Shown here in pieces: positions 28,313 through 39,600 of a stretch of DNA of 64,000 nucleotides. The stretch is from Phoronis australis (lineage: Eukaryota; Animalia; Phoronida): assembly GCA_002633005.1 (NCBI GenBank), contig NMRA01000738.1, positions 88,886 through 152,885 of the forward strand, given 5' to 3'. The notes under the pieces were generated by a model that saw nothing but the letters and a program-made list of their open reading frames with translations, made no database searches and had not been told where the DNA came from. How positions within the stretch are numbered: position 1 is the first letter of the stretch; every line of letters begins with the position of its first letter. The position numbers were made by a program, and so were the translations under genes.

Positions 28313-31300
28313 GGAACAACTTGTTCCCTATCAGCTGATCTGTGTCAACTTAGTAAGTGTAAACAGGCACTTTTTGCATTGGAAAATTCTGGAGGCACTC
28401 CTGGGATATCTTTAGGGAGTGTATCTGCATCATTGTCAGGTTAACATTTTCAGTAGTGAAATGTTGTCATTAAGTCGGAGCAACCACAATTGTTGCAGCT
28501 ATGCCTGCCATTGTTTTGAACTATAATGCACACTGTATTAAAACTTTAACTCAACCACAGTGCTGAGCTGCTGATCATAGCAACAATGTCACTGATATGG
28601 GATTTAGCCTGTTATGAAAATACAGATACCAACTGGATTTGTGCATTTTGTTAACTCTTTAGACCATTTCTAATCAGGGCCATTGAGGTAACAGAGGTAG
28701 TCACTCATGTGAAAGTGCAACACCCCCACCCCCCAAAAAAAACAAACCCTCCAAACTAGTGCACCTTGAGGCCCCCTGTGTCAATGATCACCTTTTTCTC
28801 AAACAATTTGTCAGCACACACTGTCTGATCTGGCTGAAGTCAAATTTTACATCCTAAAATGCAAATTGTGAATCAGATTACATTCACACAAGTTATTTGT
28901 GATGTCACCAGAGGCGACATCCTTCCCACAATGCAACATTAAAAACATAATAAAAAAATGGTTGACAGCAGCGCTTTAGATGAAATCCTCTCCCAATTTC
29001 CTGACTAAAATGGTGGTTCTCTATTATCCATGGGTTTGTAATGGGGACTGACTCACTGACTTGGCTGGCTAAGGAAAATAAACATGATTTTTATGTTTTA
29101 ATAATGATGTAGTGAGATTTGATGAATGGCTCAATATGTGGGGGGTCCCAGACTACTGTCTGCAGTGAGTGATGGGTGTGGTAACCATTCTGTAGTTTGA
29201 GACATGATGTGCTGGACAGGTGAAACTTACCATAGTTTTATGTAAAAGGGAAGTCTCACTTGAAAATCCTGAACAAAAAGTCTTTTCACAAAATTTTGTT
29301 TTGTTTTTTGTTAGTATGATTTTGTCGTTGGCGAACACTATTTTTAGCATTGGTAGCGATGTATGAGCAAGTCTACAAAAATAAAAAGAAACAATTATAT
29401 ATATATATTATAGTTGTCTCCTAGTGAAGATTTTTACCCTATATAACACCATTGTCATAGGCTACATTTGGGCAGTAAAATTTCATGAATTTGGGATGTA
29501 GAATGGCAGATATATGGGAACTTTTATTTTCTCATTTCCCGTGTTCAAGTTCTGTATCATAGCTAACTGTCCGTCAGTATTATAGAAAAATTTCAGTGTT
29601 CTCAACATTTTTCGAAAACCTTGAAAAATTAAAAAGGCAATTTTGGCTATAATTCTTCCCAGAAATTGGTGAAATTTATTGTATTCAACATGGGAATTGT
29701 GACCGGTGGTAATAAACTTGTGTTAAAACTGCAAGGTGCAAATTTGAATGTAAATGTTCTCAGGCCAGTACGCTCTTAAGTTTCAGTCTCAAGTAATCAA
29801 TGTGATGTGGAGAGGTGGCAGGGCTGCCAAAACCAGGCAGTCCAGATAATTTGCCCTAAATCCCCCTTGAGTCCGATCTCTTATTGTTAAAAGTGCAAGT
29901 GTGTCCGTGAAGTTAATCTAGTCTTGTCAAAAAAAAATTCAAACTACTGGTAACTTAGAACTAGCAATTTCTTTAAGAGTCCATCACTCACAAAGGTTGC
30001 TATATGGATGTCAGTGGGTATCAGATGATGAAGTAGCTCTTTTGCTCTGTTGGTGGTCCCAATAAACACTTGATCATGTGTGAGTGAGCAACAGAGGTCG
30101 CTACTTTCCAGAGTTAAAAGGACTCGTCTAAATTTAGCTAAGTTCGGAACATCGGATTCATAGTCCACTTCCACATACTAAGTTAATGCACTGTTCTGTA
30201 ACATTCTGTTAGGATTTGTTTTTAAAATTTTCCACTTATGTATGAGGGGCTACAAAAATGGGAAATTCATTATTTTCATGAAGAAGTTGAATAAAATGAA
30301 TTCAAAATGACAATTTTTATTTCTGCAATAGCAAAACATTTAGATTAAGCCAAATTTGGTCTTGTTATTGATACCATTGATTTGGTACCAATGTGCCTTT
30401 TTGCTAAATTTGTTAAAAATACATGGTCACTTCACCCAATTAATGGCAAAAATCGAATTATGCAGTCTTTCAACTTCCAGAAAATGTATAATTTTACAGA
30501 GTCAAAATCTGTGTTTTGAAAATACTTGACTAAATACACAGACTGGTCATCAATATTATCACAAGTCAGTCTTGCCTAACCTGTAGTCAGCACAGAGTGT
30601 GTAGGGAAATACCAAAACTGCTTAGAAAGCTAATAAGTTGCACATACTAGAATAACAATTAGGTGCCAATTATTAAAGATGATGACTTTGCACATGGCAG
30701 CACAGCCACAGGGACAGACATGTCTTCCCATGGGCTTTTGTGTAGTGCATAATAAACATGGATGTTAAAAGCTCATACTTGTGTTATGGAATTGTGGGCT
30801 GTTAAGTACTACAACATAATTTAGGCTTTATGGGACTAAAGATTTACACCATTGCGAATATAGGATGTTTTGAGGAATTATAAGTAATTTTAGCAACTTT
30901 GGTCAATTGAAAAACAACATTCATTCATTCGAGCTGTTTATGCTCACACAAAAGGCAAATAGCCCTGGTTTGCAAGTTGCGCTAAAGCTGTTTCGTATTT
31001 TAACTTTGCATAGTAAAACCTTACATTTTCTAGATTAACACTGAAGTTGAACTAGAAATTATTGTTAAGTTTGGGTTATCGTGGGAAGTATTTGTATGAA
31101 ATCTGAGGAACAGATCTGACTCCCGTATCGCAGTATATGCCAAAGGCCTTTTCATGCTAACTGAACTCTGGTATGAGTGGAGCCTCGATGTGAACTGCGA
31201 AGTTAAGTGAATCGCTCATACCAGCTTCGGTAGTCAACGGTGTCAAGCTAAAGGGTAGGTGATGCTGTCATCACCGAACTAATCGCAAGGTTGCGCTGAT

Positions 31301-31417
31301 ACATCCCGTGCGTGCTACAATTTTTTTAAAGTGACAATTTTGAGAACATTTACGTGTGCTAATTAACATAAAGCTTTTTCTAATTCGATTAGTGATTATT
31401 CGAGCAAAATGTAATCA

Positions 31418-31627
31418 ACTGAAGCTTAGTCAAATATAATTTAAAAAAACAACTTTGGATTTTCAGAATGATTTTATTTTTCTTCAGTGAAAAAAATAAT
31501 TTTGACTGTTTTTTTACATTTTTTTATATCCTAACCTTTAATTCTTGATGCATAGTATACTGAAGAAAAATAAAATCATTCTGAAAATCCAAAGTCGTTT
31601 TTTAGCTATATTTGACCAAGCCTCAGT
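31418..31627. repeat. ~70-bp inverted repeat pair with ~70-bp spacer (MITE-like hairpin)
   Basis: actgaagcttagtcaaatata..ctttggattttcagaatgattttatttttcttcagt vs actgaagaaaaataaaatcattctgaaaatccaaag..tatatttgaccaagcctcagt. Confidence 0.85.
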
Positions 31628-33483
31628 AAGTCATATGGCTTGAGTGTTCACCAGCTCAGTGACTGACAACTTGGGCGGAGCTTATAAAGGAGACTAGCTC
31701 TAATCTAACCCTGTCAACAAACATTGCATAACCGGGCAATCCAGAGTGCTGTACCAGCTGATATTGATGTTGTAGCAAGACCACGAATAAAATAATTCTA
31801 TTTTTGACCATGTGAAAGTTGGTAGTGAAGTGGTGAACTAGCTCCTGTTCTGAGCCTGAGCCTGTTTATCTATCTGCAAAAAATTAAGTTGAGTTCGCCA
31901 AGTCCTACCGAAGCCATCACTGCACTCAGCTTGAGGAGTCAGTGCAGAAATTGTGCGTGTATAAGAGAAGTTGGTAAAGTGAGGTGTCTTGGGAGAGGAC
32001 GCTGAGCGTCGACCTGGGTGGTGTTGCACGTGCCGTGGAGAAACTAGGCTGCCAAACCCAGGGGATTTTTAAACTTGCAACTGGCTGTAACCCAAAGAAT
32101 TAGAGAAACGACCCAGTGTTCAACATAACAAAAAATTTTTCTAGTGCATAGATTCAAACATATCCCTGAATTAAAACTAATGATATTATACGATTTTAGA
32201 GGAAAGCAATATAAGAAACTTTGGTAATTTGAGAATCTCACTCAAGTGACGCTATTTGTGCAGAAAGTGATATTTTCTTATCCCGAAGTCCATTTGGTAC
32301 AGGCACGTAAAAATGTTGAACCATTACTATGAAAGTAGTTTTTTATCCTCGTCGCCAATATTGTTATGTAGATAGTAACGCTGCGATTTGATATAACACA
32401 TATATTGGTTGATAATGCAATACTAACAAATAGGTCTGTGTAATATAGTTAGAGAGTCTTTTACTACACTGAGTGGAGAGTTCAGATGAATCCTATAAAC
32501 AATCAACACATGGTTTTAATGTATGGTCCAGCACACCAGTACAGCAGGCAATAGATCAATGCTAAGGTCCGCCCATGTGACAGCCATATTTGTTTTGGTC
32601 GTCTGTCGTGCTTCACAAGTTCGAAAAAATGATTAAAATTACGCTGTAAACAAACAGGTATGTCACATTTTCTAAACATGAAGTAAATATCGGCTTTATT
32701 TCTAGTATTTTAACAAAAATTGGAACATATTGACCAAACGTTCTGAACGAAATTTTCAAGTGGCAATCGATGACCGCTTAACTTCAAAGCCGTTTTTCTC
32801 GGCTCATGATTTCAGGATAGTGACAAGATTCTCGGGCCTATTTCTCCACATCATGTGGGTCAACTTTTACGAAATTTGCAAATTTGAAATTCTCTAGGAC
32901 TGAAGTAAAATCGCGTGCCAGGCTTTTTTGATACATGGACCTGATTTTTAGTTATTAGACGGAATATGACCAAATAACAAAATGTGGCGTGCTTGCCCCA
33001 ACTCACGCGCAGAAAATGCCGCAAAATCAAGATCATAATGATTTTGTACATATATTTGGTATGGATAAGTAGAATATTGTGTAAGGAAACAGTTGATGAT
33101 AATCCCTGTGCATTTTGAAAAAAAAATTGAAGTAAAATTGGATTTTTGAAAATTTAAAAGTTGTGATTTTTAAAAAAAAACGAACTACAAAAAAACTTTT
33201 TTTTCGATTTTTGTCACTTGCAGAGTCATGTCTAACTAGTTAAAACTTCTTTATTACTCATTTTAGTTAGGAACCTGGAGATTTGACCAATTTATACACC
33301 TAACTTAACTCTGAGCAGAAGTTGTACTATGTATCTGTTTTCAGACAGTATCTTCCAGTTAACACTCATTGGGAATATCGTTCAGTTTATCACCCATTCT
33401 ATAAATGCCCTGTATATTAACACAAATGGTTGGGCTTTAAAAGTAACTCCAACGTAAATATACTATTTTGTTGTATTTTTCAG

Positions 33484-33604
33484 TTAATTGTCGCGTTCCA
33501 CTGGGTATGCAAGTCCGTAACGGGGAGCCACCGCAGATACCTGACAGTGCTTTAACAGCCAGCTCATCTCACAATGTCGCTAGTGTGGGACCAGCTAATG
33601 GAAG
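33484..33604 (+). CDS. DDR2: DDR exon, start of discoidin domain ([40 protein letters not shown])
   Basis: Acceptor ttgtatttttcag, donor AG|gtaaat. Matches the DDR CRxPLGM...IPD..TASS motif. Not in the ORF track. Confidence 0.93.
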
Positions 33605-36600
33605 GTAAATGACACTGCCACCTGGGGGTGGAATGTGTGACCTTTAGTAACTTTGGGTATTGAGGATCTTAAATTTGCCTCGAACTCTTCGTACTTTTTG
33701 TGATTGTGTTATGAAAATTATAGTTACTAATTCAAGATACTGAGTTGCAGTTGTCCTACACACAATCAATCTACAGGTCACGCCATCTAGTGATGCCTTA
33801 CAACATGCAATTGTATTTTGTTACCATTGATAAGAATGGCCAAGTATTCTCATTTGTATTGACTGTTTCACCTTTGACCCCCTTGTGCTAATCGAGACAG
33901 AATAATACTATAGGTGGCACCACTGGTCCTTTCAGGTTACAGTGGGAGGGTAATGGAGGTGCCTGGTGCCCTAAGTGGCCCATTAATGCCACTCATAAGG
34001 AGTACTTACAGATAGACCTCGGTAAACTGACTGTGATCACCTATGTGGAGACACAGGGTCGGTTTGGTAAGGGAAAGGTAAGCAACCTAGGAATATATTT
34101 GTTTCATTTTTCATTTAGTTACTTGTAGTTTAGTGCTATTTGGTCCTGTGCTCAAGTTTTTCGCATGCCGTGTCATTCCGCGTAGCACATACGTGATTCA
34201 TAATGTTCATTGCAATATGAAAAAAAACAAGTTGACCATGCCATGAAATGAGGAAATATTGTCCTGCCTTATGTACCTGAGAGGTGTGAGAGTAGGATGA
34301 GGATAACTAACAATATCTAAGGACTCACTTATTTTATAGAATTTTATAGATTTTTTTCTTAAAAAAAGTCGCATATAAATTTGAAAAACTTTTTTGATTT
34401 TTTTGTCAGCATCTTACACAGATGGCTAGGAACAGTGCCATCAGCTTGCACTACTATGCACAGGTTATTAATAATAAAGGTGTGATTTTCAATGGAATTG
34501 TATTCGTATTGCATTGGGATTAGTACCCAATTTGAATATCGATGTGCTAAGACCAATTTTGATTCCATTCATACTTGAAATTGTTGCCATTTGATGTTTT
34601 ATCAAATCACGGCTTATTTGTATTTCCTGTAGAGTATTGAAGCAGTAAAATGTTCTCGATTATTCATTTATTGGAATCTCGTTATAGTTAACATTTTTGT
34701 TACCAAAATTGCTGTGAGTGATAACTTATTTACATTTGAGAAACAATGAATGAATTTGACAATCAAGAATCCAGTTGAAAATGATGGATTTTCTCCAAAA
34801 AGAGTCGAATCGATTCAAATTCCTAAAAATGCATATCGTCCCACCTTCTGTTTAAACCAATTGGAAGTTACTTCATGGGACAGCGTCTAATCCTAAAACC
34901 TTCGGATTTATTTTCAAAGACACCTTACAAAAGTCTGCACAACTGGTAACCTGAAAAATGCCTCTGGTGAGTTTGTAGACTAAGGAAAGGTCATACTTCT
35001 CACACCACTATCCACTTAATGACACAATAAGAAGTACTTTTGGCCAAATGTTGCTTTTATCTCTGGATGTGCAGATTAAATAACCAAAAATGTGTTCAGT
35101 GACCTTCTTGCACATTTTTCTGCCTTTGTACATTGTCACCTGCTTACTTCACAGGGTCGTGAATTTGTGCGAGAGTATACGTTGGAGTACCAAAGGGAGG
35201 AGGGAGGACCATGGATGCGGTTCAAAAATAGACGCTCACAATCTGTAAGTCTACGCTGTACCATTCCATGCTAGTTTAAAATTGATTTATTTTGAGATGT
35301 TGCCATTTGTGAAACTCTGACGTCGCTCATTGCTCAGCTTAAAGTTTTGTCCACAATTAGCCAACTTCAGAACATTTTGTCTTAGAAATGACTGATCGGA
35401 TTAATTTGAAGTTGGAGTGTTGTGTCTCAGAAATGGCTGATCGAATTCGAATCAAATCTTCAGTTTTTGTACTTAAGGTGCAATTCTCCAAAGTGCTGTA
35501 AGGAATTGTCAAAATTTTTTACTTTGGCTTGAGAGGCTATGAAAAATTAGGGCTTTCAAGATTGTTGTTTTGGTTCAAACAAAATTGAAAGAATGACTTA
35601 TTACATGTTTTTGAATTTTTATTCTTAACAACTGTCATGTAGAAACAAAATTCTGTCATGTTATTGATACTGCGAATGTGTCTTGCTTTTTGCTAAATTT
35701 TACTAAAAATGTGAACAAATTAATGGGACAAGAATATTTAGTTGGAAATTCAAAATTCTCTTTGCAACAGTAAAACCTCTGTTGTATTGCTTCTGTATAC
35801 TTGTCGGCCATAATAATGTGAATGTCTGAGATCTGTTATACTCTCCGAGAGGTGACAATGGTTTTCCTCTTGTTTGTCTAGTTTGGATTGTCTACTGACA
35901 ATGTAACATGTAAGCCCCTTGCTATTCCGTGGATCTGCTGTTATTCATTGCAGACTTTCATTGTTATCTGTTTCAATGCCTTTCCAGATCTTTAAGGGCA
36001 ACGACAACACATACATTCCCGAGATGCGGGCAGTGACGCCCCCTATCATCACGCGCAAGATCCGTTTTGTGCCATACAGTAAGGTGAATGTAATTGTCTG
36101 CCTCAGGGTCGAAGTTTATGGCTGTACGTGGGATGACGGGCTGGTCTCCTACACCATGCCCCAGGGGGAGCAACGTGGCTCTGATGTATTCCTACGCGAT
36201 TACACCTACGATCAGCCTGAAGGCGATGATGGGATGCTGAGAAATGGATTGGGTCAGCTGACGGATGGAGAGGAAGGCAATAACAACTTTAGACTGGACC
36301 CGACCAACCTTGGGAAAAAGGGATATGAATGGGTTGGCTGGAGAAACGACAGCCACTCGCGCAAGCCCATTGAGATTGTGTTCAAGTTTGATGCTGTGCG
36401 TGAATTTCAGGAGGTTCAGATTCACTGTAATAATGCGTTCAAGCGGGACGTTCGCGTGTTCCGTGGAGCGAAGTTTTACTTCAGTGTAGGTGGCAGGTAT
36501 TATCAGAAGGTGCCGGTGGAATATTTCTACATGCGAGATGATGTCATGGAATTTGCACGAACCGTTGTCATTAAACTGGAGAAGAAGGTCGGCCGCTACG

Positions 36601-39600
36601 TGAAGATGATTCTCACCTTTGAAGCCAGGTGGATCATGATTAGTGAAGTGCAGTTTAATTCAGGTGAGTGAACGGGTCATTCAGGCTATCTACCAATAAA
36701 TGTTACTGTTGGAGACGAAGAATGGAAGTGATTTTGGGTTCCAAAAATGTTGGATTCTTTCTCACACCTGTATGTAGCAAATGAGCTTTTGTCACAAAGC
36801 ATGGGCCACTTTTATGTACGGTTGCCGTTGAAAATCATTCCTTGCCTTTAAACTTATATCCTGGCAATATCAGCATACTTCTGTAGCATACTGTGGGTTT
36901 CGGAACCCAATTTGAAGTGACGGCCTCAGTCTGATTGCACCAAGCCCTGTGACAACTGTTTGGTGGTGTTTTAGTTGCTTAGTATTGATTACCAACCGAT
37001 TGTTTTGCTTCCTTAGTGGAACAAGTTTTTGAAAATTTCTCGACTCTTTTTGTTAAATCTTCAGCTATCTTCAGCTTCCTTCTGAATGGTTGCTCATTGA
37101 AGCATGAATAAGAATTTGTTGATGACCGCGGAATTGAAATGTGGTCAAGAAGACAAAATGGAGGGTAGTGTGATAAATAGTGTGTCGTATTGCCTGTTAC
37201 AGTTGTCATCAAATCCAACTACACTGAAGAGATTCCGCCCACGACCGAGAGGCCACCTGGTGGCCCCGGCCATGACATGAAGTCAACAAAGAGTTCAGCA
37301 ACGGATGGTATGTTGTCTGGTTATAGGATGTACTTCTGTCTGGCATTTTTGTTTACAGCTTCGTTTTTATGCGTGAATTTAAACAATGTTTGCCACTTCA
37401 ATAGTAGTTTTACTGTGCTGTTAAGGGGTCATACATTATAAGTTTTTGGGATGTTGGCTAGTTTTAGTAAATTCATGGCTCTTTTCTCTTAGTTTGACCA
37501 TTGTGAAAATATGCCTTGTTCTGCAGCCTCTGTTTTCTTGCGTCATAGCTATTGAAAACTTGAAATGTTGTTTTTGCAACTGTTAGTAGTTTTCTAGAAA
37601 GTGTGATGAAGTCCTTTCTCATCAAAAACTATTAAATAGAATTTGGAGAAAAATAATGGCAAAGTTGTGTCATAACTGTGTTTGGTTTCTTTCTCAGGGG
37701 TTTTGCCATTACTTTGGCGAAGCTGCGTGATAAAACTTGTCTACTATTTGTTAAAAACTTGTCTTCGCCATTTCTTCCCCTACAGAACCATTGGAGAATG
37801 TGAACGCTGGCAACTCTCCACACAATCCTGACCAAGAGCCATCTGGTGGAGGGATGGACCAGTCCACAATGGGCATCATTATTGGCGCTGTCTCGGGTGT
37901 CCTTGTCCTGGTGCTGGTCATCGGGCTGTTCCTCTACTGCCGCCATCGACGTAGTCGTGGTGCCAAGGGCTCGTATGCATACAGTACACGTGACCAGATC
38001 CTCATGAACATGACAGATTATAAGACGAACCAGAACGGGCACGGGAAGTGTCTAAATGGAAAAGTGAGTGTGTTAGAGAGCCATGAGTAACATTGGCGTC
38101 GGGAGTTTTCGATATGGTTGTGATTTCCAAGGTGTTTCAGTGTAGAGATACCTTGTTAGAATTTCTCTAGACCTTATGCAAGACCATTATTGAATGGTAC
38201 GAATATCGTACTAGAATGTTTCTATACGTTTCTGCTAAAATATTGATTAAGATCTTTTACTTCAGTGCTTACTTTGTCCGACTCTGTTTATGTACAGCGC
38301 ACACCATTAATGGGACAAAATGACCCACAATTCCTCCTCGTGATGGCTGAAGCCACACGGAATTCTCCATCATGACGACTGACTAGCAAAATTCACCGTC
38401 AGAGTCGTGCCACAGAAACGATTTGCTGTCTGATTACTTTTGATGCGTAGTCTACGTATGAAGTTTGTATTGCAGTATTTATTTCAGGTAAAATGGTGGC
38501 GCAAAAGTCAAACATATAAAGAAAGCAACTTTACTGTAATTTTAATGCACTCAGACTGCACTACAAAACTGTGCAGACTTTCCAAAAAATGCTCATATAA
38601 AGCATTGATTTGCTTTGCTTATAGACTTCAACCCACAATTTTGGAAATTTTTAAAAGTTTTGTTCAGGCTGAATATCTAATCCTTTACAGGGCTTGTTTT
38701 GAGATCTGTTAAAAGAATGTCTACATATTAGGCGCTACAACTCATTCCCTTGCCCACAACTGTGAATGCTTTCTTGCTGGCCGTAATTACAAAAGCTTGG
38801 ATTTCCATATTAGATTTATTTTTGGGGGATTAGGTGTCGGCTATAATCGCTGCCTGTTAATGGCAACATTTTTTTCTGGCCATTTTAGACACTGCGGAAC
38901 CTGCCTGAACGACATTATGGAGCAACTCGATCTCCCCAATAAAGCGCTGATATCTGAGTGATCTTAATATCTCTAAAGAATGCATTGAAATTGGAATGTA
39001 GCAGTGCATCATGCACCATAATATTAATAATTTCAATATATGTAATGGAATTGTATCATTACGCTTAACAAGTTACTTGAATATATTTTCAGATGTATAA
39101 TTGCGTGAATATGACCAGTGAAATGACTCACGAACTGGACAATCGAACCAATGAGATCTACCATGAGCCAGCAGACAGTATACAGGGGAGAAAACTACCC
39201 GATGTCCCCGCCCCAGGGGACTTCTCAGGTGAGCCGACTCCACCTAATTGCCGAAGGTGGAGGTGTGTGAAGATCATGTTATCTATATCGAGCGTTGTGT
39301 AAAACGTTCGACAACAACTCGAATTTGAAGTGAGATCGCTAGTGCATATGGTTATTCCATAGGGACATGGGAATTTCTTGATGACTGCTTTCAAGGTGTG
39401 GAGTTTACACACGTACACTTTATATGGTTATACTGTAACAAAAATTAATGGTGTTTTTGCCATGTTGAACTTGCTCATATTCTCAACATGGTAGAAGTTG
39501 TTGGTTTTTGGCTTGTTGGATTTACGCCTAATCTCACTTGAACTTCTTGTTAAATGTTGAGTGTCATAATCAGTTATTTCCAAGACTAACAACGTGGTTA

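Noticed and set aside
32560-33250. CpG-enriched block as a defined transposon (also ~6170-6530, 16380-16830, 61290-62080)
   Set aside because: They look repeat-like, but I could not establish TIRs or TSDs, so they were not called.
35973-36489. Overlapping and antisense ORFs in the large DDR exon (also 37632-38042, 45860-46148, 47476-47829)
   Set aside because: Shadow frames of GC-richer coding exons, with no recognisable motifs.
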